IMG/VR virus record: IMGVR_UViG_3300045988_165550
Coordinates: 32,001 to 96,000 of that record
Strand: one strand, 5' to 3'
Length of the DNA: 64,000 nt
Source of the DNA: a virus
Positions within the stretch are counted from its first letter, which is position 1. Each line of letters starts with the position of its first letter. The notes under the pieces are model-generated. The model ran no database searches, had not been told where the DNA came from, and was given only the letters and a program-made list of their open reading frames with translations. The position numbers were made by a program, and so were the translations under genes. This document shows, piece by piece, positions 18,628 through 27,800 of the stretch.

Positions 18628-20205
18628 ATGCCACAGAGAAAATCAACTATAGCAGATAATCCTATCTTAATAGGTTGTTGGGATTATGAAGCAAATAATG
18701 GATTAGATCCTCATAATATCGGAGGGTCTTACGGAAACTCTTTGCAATGGAGGTGTGCAAAATGCAATACCCCCTTTATTGCTACGGGCAAGACGGTTAT
18801 ATCTCGCAATGGCATGTGTAGGAGTTGTTATCTTGAAGAGAAGAACAAATCGAGCCAGGAAAAAGAATCCTTTATTCGGTATGGGAGTTTAGCAGATGTT
18901 CCCGAAATAATGGCTTTGTGGTGTGATGATAATCCGGACCCTCGGACGTTACACAAGACGGATAAAGTGAAAGTTAATATAAGATGTGCAGATTGTGGCA
19001 AGATTACGAGCCATCCTATAATTGATATATATCGTAATCATGCTTTCTATTGTAAGGATTGTGCAGCAAAACGACGAGCAGAAAAATATCAAGCAGCCAT
19101 GATAGAGAAAACGGGATCCTGTAAGGATTATCCTGAAATAATGGAAGTGTGGGATTTTTCTCAAAATGATCTTGACCCAAGCAAGGTCCCGTCTGGCAGC
19201 CGATATATGATAAAATGCAAGTGTCCTATATGTGGTTCTAAGTGGAAAACGAAGGTTTTTCAAAGAAAGGGAAAGAAACCGATGTGCCGATTGTGCGCAA
19301 TTAGAAGTATGGTCCATAAAAGAGACGAGCAGAGAAATCAAGATTTTCTTGTTGACCAGCACAAATCTTTCGGTGATACGGTATATAGGTTTGTTAACTG
19401 GTGGCATCCTACGTTAAATGGCTCTTTGACTCCGTATGATATAGCTCCAGGTTCAGGCAAGACATACTACTGGAAATGTCCGAATAATCATGTATTTTCG
19501 GCAACGGCAAGCAATATGAAGTCGAGACGTTTTTGTCCTATATGCCGACCTACGATACATTCATCTTTCATAGAAATGGCTATTGCTTTTTATCTGCGGA
19601 AAGTCATAGATATAGACCAGTGGAAACAGATTGAAGGTACGAGGCAATCTATAGATATTTATATCCCACGACTTAAGGTTGGTATAGAGTATGATGGTGT
19701 TCGTTATCATAATAATAGAAAGCAAATTAAAAGAGATTGCAGAAAGTCTGAAATATTGGAAAGACAAGGCGTAAGACTGATTCGGATACAGGAGTGGCAG
19801 AGTGATAGTCATAACGACTCTACAATTTTTTATGATTACAACAAGGCTGATCTTCAAGGATTAATGAATACCTTGTGCGATATGTTGTCGATAGAAATGA
19901 TCTTGGTCGATTTAAACAAAGATACTGCTGATATATACAAACTTCTTTATCCTAAAGCTGTTCGTAATTCTATATCAGAGATTTCTCCTCAATTAGTCCC
20001 ATATTGGGACGAAGAGGCTAATGGTGGGGTAACACCTGAAAAAGTGAATGCTTATTCGGCTTTATTCTTTTATTGGCGCTGTCCTGATTGCGGAGCAACA
20101 TGGACCCAATCTCCAATAGGGATGAAAAGACGAAAAAGACTTTGCCAAGTTTGCCATCCGTATAATCATCATAAAGGCGGTAGGCGCGATGGTGAAACAG
20201 AATAG
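18628..20205 (+). CDS. Multi-zinc-ribbon protein with a Vsr/DUF559-like endonuclease domain; candidate free-standing homing endonuclease
   Basis: Five repeats of the W(R/K)C..C...(about 15 aa)...C..C treble-clef pattern, for example LQWRCAKCNT...CRSC and FFYWRCPDCGATW...CQVC. A core IDIYIPRLKVGIEYDGVRYH...LERQGVRLIRIQE is also present. Confidence 0.65.
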   Translation: MPQRKSTIADNPILIGCWDYEANNGLDPHNIGGSYGNSLQWRCAKCNTPFIATGKTVISRNGMCRSCYLEEKNKSSQEKESFIRYGSLADVPEIMALWCDDNPDPRTLHKTDKVKVNIRCADCGKITSHPIIDIYRNHAFYCKDCAAKRRAEKYQAAMIEKTGSCKDYPEIMEVWDFSQNDLDPSKVPSGSRYMIKCKCPICGSKWKTKVFQRKGKKPMCRLCAIRSMVHKRDEQRNQDFLVDQHKSFGDTVYRFVNWWHPTLNGSLTPYDIAPGSGKTYYWKCPNNHVFSATASNMKSRRFCPICRPTIHSSFIEMAIAFYLRKVIDIDQWKQIEGTRQSIDIYIPRLKVGIEYDGVRYHNNRKQIKRDCRKSEILERQGVRLIRIQEWQSDSHNDSTIFYDYNKADLQGLMNTLCDMLSIEMILVDLNKDTADIYKLLYPKAVRNSISEISPQLVPYWDEEANGGVTPEKVNAYSALFFYWRCPDCGATWTQSPIGMKRRKRLCQVCHPYNHHKGGRRDGETE

Positions 20206-20212
20206 GGTCCGC

Positions 20213-20275
20213 TAGGCGTTCCTGCTGGTTTTAAATCCGGCGGAACGCCTAACGGATATGTCAGGTCTTTTTTTT
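20213..20275 (+). terminator. Hairpin plus T8 tract at the end of the + strand insert (possibly bidirectional)
   Basis: 10-bp stem TAGGCGTTCC (20213-22) / GGAACGCCTA (20242-51). The T8 tract is at 20268-75. Confidence 0.5.
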
Positions 20276-20281
20276 ACAGTC

Positions 20282-20563
20282 TTAGAGAAATTTTGCGGGC
20301 TGGCAATCATCGATTAGCTTGCGTGTTTCTTTGGCACACTCAGCCACGCATCTCTCGACTGCCTCGGTGATGTCTTGAATTTGGTTCTCACGCATATTGC
20401 CGTATTTATCGCAAGTGTCGTTTATTATTTTGTAGAGAACCTGATTTTGTAAAGCCTCCATATAATCTACGTACTCCTTGCAAGTACTGCGCCGAGGTGC
20501 TTGCACCCATTTAAGGAAGTCCTGTTTCCAGTCTTTCCATGTTTTTATTTTTATTACTATCAT
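20282..20563 (-). CDS. Hypothetical phage protein
   Basis: 93-aa ORF, last gene of the minus-strand operon 22711 to 20282. Confidence 0.6.
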   Translation of the reverse strand: MIVIKIKTWKDWKQDFLKWVQAPRRSTCKEYVDYMEALQNQVLYKIINDTCDKYGNMRENQIQDITEAVERCVAECAKETRKLIDDCQPAKFL

Positions 20564-20569
20564 TGTTGC

Positions 20570-20893
20570 TTACATTTTAAATTGTCGTTTCAAGAACTGG
20601 TTGCTCTTTATGAGTTCTATCATTTCTTCTTCTGAGTGTGCTCCCTCCCAGAAGAGTTCGGTATGGTCTCCGACCTTATCTTCATCTACAGAGAAAGGCA
20701 CGCCATAGTTAGTATAGGTTTCGCCGTGGTGTTGAATCAGGTGACGACCTGGATTTTTCCGGATGTTTTCTATCCAGACTTCATTATCACACTCGCACCA
20801 TTTATTATACTCCTCTCCTGTCAGTGTCATATCAATACCGATAGGGTAGTGCCCGGAGCACCCATTGGTTCCGAAATAAATAATCTTTGCCAT
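20570..20893 (-). CDS. Hypothetical phage protein
   Basis: 107-aa ORF with a 6-nt gap to the next gene. Confidence 0.6.
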   Translation of the reverse strand: MAKIIYFGTNGCSGHYPIGIDMTLTGEEYNKWCECDNEVWIENIRKNPGRHLIQHHGETYTNYGVPFSVDEDKVGDHTELFWEGAHSEEEMIELIKSNQFLKRQFKM

Positions 20894-20905
20894 AATTTCG
20901 CAGAT

Positions 20906-21676
20906 TTAAAACAGGCTCGGTTGCATCATCTCTAACTTGATACGCTTGCAAGCCTTGTCGTAATATTCTTTGTTCAGCTCAAAGCCGATGAAGTTTCGCT
21001 TTTCTCTGATGCAGGCGATGGCGGTAGTGCCGCTGCCCATGCAGTTATCAAGAACGCACCCCCCCACATTGGTATAAGTACATATCAGATAGCGGAGTAA
21101 ATCTACTGGCTTCTGGGTAGGGTGGAAGGTATCGTTAGAATGTTCTTTGTCGAAGCATATAATGCTCTTTGGAAATTTTTCATCTGATACGATAGTAGGC
21201 ACTTCTTTATGATCGCCATAACAACCTCGCTTCAAACTATGAGAGCCATCTCCCCTTCGATGGTTCCTTTGATGTGGCGCACATTTTACCATTTGAGGAT
21301 TGTAGACAGGTTGTTTTCGATAGAATACTGCAATATCCTCATGCGAGCGCAGAGGCATCTTGTTGGCATTCAGAAAGCCTGTTACCCGTTGTTTGCTCCA
21401 AATAAGATTATATTTCCAGAGTTTCGGCTGTGACATCATAAGTTGTGCGGTAAACATACCTTGGCAGAAAAGAATAATCGCTGCATTGGGTTTGGTTATG
21501 CGCAGATATTCCTTCCATAATGGCTCAAGCGGGATAATACTATCCCAGCCACCGCCTTCACTCTTTTTATTGAGAACGCCATAAGGCAAATCGCAGATAA
21601 TGCAATCCACGCTTGCGTCCGGAATCTTTTTCATTCCTTCCATGCAATCCTCATTATAAATCTTATTTAACTCCAT
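20906..21676 (-). CDS. DNA methyltransferase (N6-adenine/N4-cytosine, beta-class order)
   Basis: The catalytic motif IICDLPYG (DPPY-type) precedes the SAM motif VLDNCMGSGTTAIA, as in the PF01555-type family. Confidence 0.85.
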   Translation of the reverse strand: MELNKIYNEDCMEGMKKIPDASVDCIICDLPYGVLNKKSEGGGWDSIIPLEPLWKEYLRITKPNAAIILFCQGMFTAQLMMSQPKLWKYNLIWSKQRVTGFLNANKMPLRSHEDIAVFYRKQPVYNPQMVKCAPHQRNHRRGDGSHSLKRGCYGDHKEVPTIVSDEKFPKSIICFDKEHSNDTFHPTQKPVDLLRYLICTYTNVGGCVLDNCMGSGTTAIACIREKRNFIGFELNKEYYDKACKRIKLEMMQPSLF

Positions 21677-21679
21677 CCT

Positions 21680-21714
21680 CTATAAACTATAAATTATAAA
21701 CTATCAACTCTTAA
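21680..21714 (+). repeat. Heptamer array B (5 units)
   Basis: CTATAAA CTATAAA TTATAAA CTATCAA CTCTTAA. It spans the 17-nt gap between two minus-strand genes and the last codons of 21694-21933. A 20-mer is identical to array D. Confidence 0.85.
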
Positions 21715-21933
21715 CTTCCCAATGTGCCATTTCGAGCAAACCTTGCACTGATAAGCCGTATATCCGGCAGCCATGATTTTAGGGTGCAGGTGCAGGAACT
21801 CGCAGGCTTCATCCTCACTCTCGTAGGCAACCTTGGCTTTCCAACCGTGGCTGCTTTTCCTCGTCCAGTGTTCCGGATCAGGACGGAAGGGAGGTATCTT
21901 GTTGGGATGATGATTTTCGTATCGCTTACTCAT
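21694..21933 (-). CDS. Small Cys-containing protein
   Basis: 79-aa ORF with QCKVCSKWH near the C-terminus. Confidence 0.5.
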   Translation of the reverse strand: MSKRYENHHPNKIPPFRPDPEHWTRKSSHGWKAKVAYESEDEACEFLHLHPKIMAAGYTAYQCKVCSKWHIGKLRVDSL

Positions 21934-22711
21934 CGGCTGGTTCCTCCTTCATTTCTTTAGTCTGTTTGTCAGCCTCCTTCTCTTCCATCACCTCTTCCAT
22001 GTAGTCGAAGTAATCAGGAGCTTTCTCCGGAGTAGCATTCAGACTCTCCTCATCGGCTATCTGCTGCATATCCTTCACCGTCAAACCGTACTTGCGAGCC
22101 ATCTTGCGCTTATACTCATCGGTATAGTTGATACGGTCGTGCTTCACGATGCTTACATCCTGCGTAATGGCAATACGGCTCATATCCGGCATCTCATCCG
22201 TAGCATCCTTATCCTCCACGAAGTTGCCATATACATTAGCCAGGGCTTGCATACCCTTATCCACCGCGCGGTCGTTGTTCTGCTGCTTGCCTGTGCGGAT
22301 GAGCCATTCAGCGCTGCTCAGATACATCGCCTTGTGGCGAGGACTTTCATCGGTCTGGAAGAAACGGATAATGTGGTTGCAGACTGCCACATCATTATTC
22401 AGTTCCGTAACCGTGCGAGGTTTGATATTTCCTTCATCGTCAATATCAATATGCAGCGCCATCACCATTTCCTGCGCCTCTTTGTTGCCCTGTCCTGCCT
22501 GGTTCACGAAGAGCGTATAGTCGCGCCGTGCGATATTGCGGCAGGTGGTACGCGGGTCTATATCGTTGTTCTGCACCCAGCGTTTGTAGAACTCAGCACA
22601 AATCTGCATGCGGTACCGCTGTTCCAGTTTGGGGAACATCGTCTCCATGCTGAGACCATTTGATAGCCACTTGTCTATCCTCTGCAGGGTGTTTTGCGTT
22701 AATTGGCTCAT
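21926..22711 (-). CDS. Hypothetical protein; candidate small terminase by position only
   Basis: 261-aa ORF, first gene of the minus-strand operon that ends with terL, with an acidic C-terminal tail. I recognise no motif. Confidence 0.35.
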   Translation of the reverse strand: MSQLTQNTLQRIDKWLSNGLSMETMFPKLEQRYRMQICAEFYKRWVQNNDIDPRTTCRNIARRDYTLFVNQAGQGNKEAQEMVMALHIDIDDEGNIKPRTVTELNNDVAVCNHIIRFFQTDESPRHKAMYLSSAEWLIRTGKQQNNDRAVDKGMQALANVYGNFVEDKDATDEMPDMSRIAITQDVSIVKHDRINYTDEYKRKMARKYGLTVKDMQQIADEESLNATPEKAPDYFDYMEEVMEEKEADKQTKEMKEEPADE

Positions 22712-22751
22712 TTTGCTTTGCAGTGTTTAATGTTATTTTTATATCTGCCCA

Positions 22752-22759
22752 CAAAATTA
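22752..22759 (-). promoter_or_regulatory. Bacteroidota -7 box on the minus strand
   Basis: The + strand reads CAAAATTA, the reverse complement of TAATTTTG. It lies 41 nt upstream of the ATG at 22711. Confidence 0.55.
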
Positions 22760-22796
22760 CGAAATCTCCCCTAAATGGTTGGGACAAGGGAGAGAT

Positions 22797-22824
22797 AGTT
22801 GACAGTTGATAGTTTATAGTTAAT
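22797..22824 (-). repeat. Heptamer array C1 (4 units, inverted orientation)
   Basis: AGTTGAC AGTTGAT AGTTTAT AGTTAAT, the reverse complement of the YTATAAA-type units. The 22-nt AGTTGATAGTTTATAGTTAATA equals the reverse complement of part of array A. Confidence 0.85.
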
Positions 22825-22851
22825 AGCATCCTTGCTCAAAGGCGTTAGCTT

Positions 22852-22886
22852 CTATAAACTATAAACTGTAAACTATAAACTATATT
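22852..22886 (+). repeat. Heptamer array C2 (5 units, direct orientation)
   Basis: CTATAAA CTATAAA CTGTAAA CTATAAA CTATATT. It lies 27 bp from C1, between the two divergent -7 boxes. Confidence 0.85.
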
Positions 22887-22914
22887 TTGTCCCTAGCATA
22901 GGGCAAAAATATTC

Positions 22915-22922
22915 TACCTTTG
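22915..22922 (+). promoter_or_regulatory. Bacteroidota -7 box
   Basis: TACCTTTG, 47 nt upstream of the ATG at 22969. Confidence 0.6.
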
Positions 22923-22968
22923 CAATAGTATTAAGACAACATAGGATAACATTAAAAAGAAAAAAGAA

Positions 22969-23610
22969 ATGCAAAGTTTAATTCCAACTCTTACAAGGTT
23001 TTTTGCAGCCATTATCGGCTTAGTGTGGTGTACACTGGAACCATCTCTTAACTACATCGCCGTATGCTTCTTCGCCCTTATCTGCGACTGCTACACGGCA
23101 TGGCGCTGCAACTGCCGCATCTATTCCCGCTATCGGGAGGCTATCAAGAAAGATCCTCGATGCAAAATCGACGGGAAACTGAAATCTAAGAAAATGGCAA
23201 AGATGGTGAAAGATTTCTCCGTCCTCATTCTTGCGATATTCTTGGCCACGATGGTAGATACCGTCATACTCGATTTTCAGAACCCTCTTCATCTCGCTAA
23301 TTATCTTGCCGCCATTTATTGTGGTGTACAGCTCGTAAGTATTCTCGAAAACGAGAGTACCTGTAATGGGGCACCTTGGGCAAGAGTGATGCAGAAGATT
23401 GTAGCCGATAAAACCGAAAGGCACTTCAATGTGAAGCTGAAAGACTTGATGAAGGAAGAAGAAGAGGAAACTCCATCGGCTGAGAAGGCAGAGAAGGCTG
23501 AGAAGAAAGATGAAGTAGAAGCATCATCTGATAAGAAGGATAGCGAAAGTGATGCAGATAAGGATGAATGGGTTCCGTCGAAATCTGCCGACGATGCTTA
23601 CGACATATAG
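22969..23610 (+). CDS. Holin (phiLC3/Phage_holin_4_1-like) with a long acidic C-terminal tail
   Basis: Four hydrophobic helices and the family-typical GVQLVSILENESTCNG (E..SI.EN...G). Confidence 0.6.
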   Translation: MQSLIPTLTRFFAAIIGLVWCTLEPSLNYIAVCFFALICDCYTAWRCNCRIYSRYREAIKKDPRCKIDGKLKSKKMAKMVKDFSVLILAIFLATMVDTVILDFQNPLHLANYLAAIYCGVQLVSILENESTCNGAPWARVMQKIVADKTERHFNVKLKDLMKEEEEETPSAEKAEKAEKKDEVEASSDKKDSESDADKDEWVPSKSADDAYDI

Positions 23611-23672
23611 TGTCAATAACTCTTAATTTCTGTACGCTATCAGTTAATAATGTGTTAAAATCCCTTTGAATT

Positions 23673-24260
23673 ATGACAATATCAAATGTTTTGGAACACT
23701 GGGCTACGATCTACAAGCCCTTATCCCATGACCCGACAAGCAAGAAGCTGGAAGAACAGAGTTTCTTCCGCATTCGTGATATTGACGAGGAAAATATCTT
23801 TTCCCGAAACGCCAATATTATTCACTCTCCCTGTATGCTCTATCGTGTGGTTAACTCCGGAGAATTGAAATCGGATAAGCAAGCCCTGATTACTTATCAG
23901 GTCTGTTTCCTTACCAGACTGAAAGATTCCTCTGCTACGTTGGGCAGATATGATGGCAGCAAATTGCAGGCTGCATCGGATGATCTGATGGAGTATTGCG
24001 AAGACCTCGCCTCTTATCTCACTCAGCTTCGCCGCACGGGTATCTGTCCTATCACGGGCAGAAACTTCAAGACGGAAGAGCCTAAATTGGGCATAGAGTT
24101 ATCATCCGTCGATATAGAGAGTTTTGCCTATGGTGTAAACCCTCTTTTCCGTGGTCCGAGCTGGCTCCTTGCTGATTGTTATTGGCAGACTATCCGTCCG
24201 CTATATAACTTCCAATGCGGGAAGGAGCAGAAATATATCATTCCTGCATCGACTAAATAG
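23673..24260 (+). CDS. Hypothetical structural or assembly protein upstream of the tape measure gene
   Basis: 195-aa ORF, called on position only. Confidence 0.6.
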   Translation: MTISNVLEHWATIYKPLSHDPTSKKLEEQSFFRIRDIDEENIFSRNANIIHSPCMLYRVVNSGELKSDKQALITYQVCFLTRLKDSSATLGRYDGSKLQAASDDLMEYCEDLASYLTQLRRTGICPITGRNFKTEEPKLGIELSSVDIESFAYGVNPLFRGPSWLLADCYWQTIRPLYNFQCGKEQKYIIPASTK

Positions 24261-24274
24261 AAAGGAAACGGCTT

Positions 24275-24838
24275 ATGGGAATCAAGACTAAACCCATCCA
24301 ATCGCCTTTTGCGCCTTTGAAAGATGTAGCCGGAATCTATCTCAAGCAGGCTTTGCTCGATATTCAGTTGAACTTCCAGAAGCAGCGTATCTACCCTACA
24401 GAGGTATATCGTGGCTACGAGAAGGTAAACCAATACCGGAGAAAGCACCACATGTGGTGGTCAAGAGGCGATGGCGCAAAATCCTTTGAGGGTACAGTAT
24501 ATCAGGCTAATGAGGAGACGGGTGAACTCACCGTAGGTATTCGCTACAACGATTATCTGAAGTTCGTGGATATTGGTGTAGGTCTGACCGGAAATCCTCA
24601 CGATCCAGAAGCTCATATCACGGCTGACAAGGTGGACCGAGTAAGGAAGGCGAAGTACAACACCCGATATATCAGAAAGTGGGATAGAAGGGAAGGTAAA
24701 TCTCACCGTCCGGCTATCATGCGAACCATTCGCAGACTGAAAACGAGATATGAGAACCATCTTGCCGATTACTACGGCTGGCAGGCTATCATGCAGATAG
24801 CAAAGGCGCTGGAGGATGACGGAATCAAGAGAGAATAA
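24275..24838 (+). CDS. Hypothetical structural or assembly protein upstream of the tape measure gene
   Basis: 187-aa ORF, called on position only. I saw no slippery or overlapping frame typical of G/GT chaperones. Confidence 0.6.
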   Translation: MGIKTKPIQSPFAPLKDVAGIYLKQALLDIQLNFQKQRIYPTEVYRGYEKVNQYRRKHHMWWSRGDGAKSFEGTVYQANEETGELTVGIRYNDYLKFVDIGVGLTGNPHDPEAHITADKVDRVRKAKYNTRYIRKWDRREGKSHRPAIMRTIRRLKTRYENHLADYYGWQAIMQIAKALEDDGIKRE

Positions 24839-24858
24839 TATTTTAAAAGAAAAAGATT

Positions 24859-27800
24859 ATGGCAGGTAAAATAGAATCCATCATTACGATGGACGGCAAG
24901 CAGCCTATCAAAGTGCTGCAACTCCTTCTCGATAAGGCAAAGGAGCTTACCGATCAGATGAAGCAGATGAAGCCTGGCACAGAGGAATACAAGGAGGCAG
25001 AGGCGAAAGTGAAAGCCTTGCAGTCTGCCCAGGTTCAGACCATCAAGACGACGGAGCGGCTGGAAGCTGTGGTTAATAACCTCGGTAATACTTCGCTCCG
25101 TAACCTTCGCCGTGCATTGGGTGAAGGCAAGCGCAAACTGGAAGGCCTTTCTGAAGCAGAGGAGGAAGAAGCAAAACATATCCGCTCTCTGATGAAGGAA
25201 GTAGGCGACGAGGTGCGATTGCTCGAAGGCAAGTATGTGAAGATTGAAAAAGGACTGAAGAACGTAAGGAATCAATCTGACCAATGGCTTAGTAAGGCTA
25301 TTGTTCAACAGAAAGACCTCGTGGCTTCACTCGAAAAGACAGGTACTTCATATCATCACAACCTCAGTACCTTAAAGCAACTGGAGGCAGAAGAGGATAG
25401 ACGCAAAGGGAAGATGGGCATATCGGAAGCTCGCCAAGCAGTAAGTGACAGCAACGCTTCTGCGTCCGATTTGCGCCGTGCCAAGGCTACGATTACAGAA
25501 GTTCGTGACAGAGTACCTATCGGTAACGCAAGTGCTATAGAAACTTATAATCGCGAACTTCAAACGATTGAAGAGCGTTTGAATGCCGTATCGGGCAAGG
25601 CTCAGAAGGCAGCGATCAGTTGGCAGCAGATGCGACAGGTTTTATCAAACCCTGGCAAGGCTTCGGGTGAGGACATTAAGCGCACAATGGACGCTATTCA
25701 GCAGAAAATTCAGCAACTCCCTGCTGGAAGCAAGGCTGTATCTGATTTACGCAGACAATATGCCCAGTTGGAGCAAACTCTGAAAGGCACTCGCCTCTCG
25801 CAAGCGCAGCTCAATGATATAGTTGCCCGCAGTAAGACTGGCAAGGCAAATATCAATGAGCTGAGACAAACTTATAAGCAGTTGGAGGAGGAACTGAATC
25901 TAATTAATACTAAGAGCGAGGCTTTTGCAAACAGACAGAAGGAGCTGAAGAATCTCAAGAAGGTTATTGATGATGCAACGGGTGCAGCCAACAAGCAAAG
26001 CAATGCCTGGCGTACGGCATTAAAGAACCTTACGGCATACGTGGGTATGTTTGCGGTATTCAATCAGGCTAAAACTTTACTTACTGGTGTTATTCAGAAG
26101 AACCTGGATATGTCAGACTCGCTGGCCAACATTCGTAAGGTTTCAGGCTTACTTCATCAGGATATTGACAAGATGGCGGTATCTCTGTCTAAGATTGATA
26201 CCCGTACATCTGTGCAGGAACTTCAGAACATCGCTTATGCTGGTGCAAAACTCGGTATTGGTGAGTATGGACCGGAAGGACTGGAGTCGTTTGTAAAGGC
26301 CGCCAACCAGGTAAACGTGGCATTGAAGGAAGACCTCGGTGATGAAGCGCTGTCTGCACTTTCCAAGATAACTGAAGTAATGGGACTTATCCCTAAGATG
26401 GGTGTAGAACAGAGTATGTTGAAGACGGGTAGCGCTATCTTCAAACTGGCATCTACCTCTACTGCTACGTCTGGAAAGATTATTGATTTTAGTAATCGCC
26501 TCCTCGCTATGGGTAAGGTCGGTGCGCTTTCTACATCCGATATTCTTGCTCTTGGTGCAGCCGTAGATAGTATGGCGATTGAGCCAGAAGTAGCAAGTAC
26601 TGCATTCGCAAAACTGATTACAGAGATACGAAAGGGAACATCTTCTATTGAACATGATCTTGGCTTGGCAAAGGGTACACTTTCTGAATTTCTGAAAGAG
26701 GGTAGGGGTATTGAAGCCCTGCAGACTATATTCCATAAGATGCGTGAATCAGGCAATGTCTTTGCCCTGGATAGTCTCTTTAAGGATCTGGGTTCGGATG
26801 GCTCTCGCCTTATTAAGGTAATGGTTACGATGGCAGAAAAGGCAGATATGCTCGATAAAGCTGTAGCTACCTCTCGTAAGGCTTTCGATGAAGGTATGGC
26901 CGTAACCCAGGAGTATAACATCCAGCAGGATACTGCAAAGGGTATTCTTGAGCGTGCCAACAATATGTGGAATAAGGCATTTACAAATCCTGACGGAATT
27001 AACTCCGTAAAGCAGTTGACGATAGCCTGGTATAATCTATCTCGTGCCTTGACAACCTCCACTGCATCCCAGAAAGCTGTTTTGGGTACGATAGACCTAC
27101 TTGTGCTTTCCTGCAAAACACTGATAGCATTGTTGCCTTCTCTCTTTGGCTTCTTCATTGGTAAGGGTCTCGCTATGGCAGCAGTTCAGCTTGTCAATAT
27201 CAGTAAGGCTGTATGGGCTTGGGTTATTGCGCAGAAAGCTTTGAATCTGGCCATGGCATCAAATGTTTTTGGTTTGGTTCTCGGAGTTCTGTCAACGCTT
27301 TACGCTTATTTTCAAAAGAATGCCAACGCAGCGCAGGATGCAGCCAATGCCGCCGACCATTTTACAAAATCATTAAGCGGAGTAAAATCTGAAGTAGGAC
27401 GTGCTACTCTTGAGCTGGACGGCTATAAGCGTGCCATCGACGGTGCTAAGAAAGGTACAAAGGAAAGACAGGCAGCTATAGATCAGTTTAATAATAAGTT
27501 CGGTTCTTATCTTTCCAAGCTGCTTACCGAGAAGTCAACTGTAAACGACTTAAAGAAAGCCTACAATGAAGCTGCCAATGCCATTGAGCGCAAAGTGATG
27601 GCTCAGGCTGCTGAGAAGGATATTCAACAACATGTGGCACCAAAGGCTGGAAGAGAAGCGCAGTTGCTTTACAACTACGACCAGCAAGCGCAGAAAAACA
27701 AAATGGGTCAGTATGGTAGTTCCTGGCTGAAGGCTTTTGTGGATGATAATCTCGCAAAGCATGGATTGAATTACACAATCAATGAAGTTATCAGGCGTAG

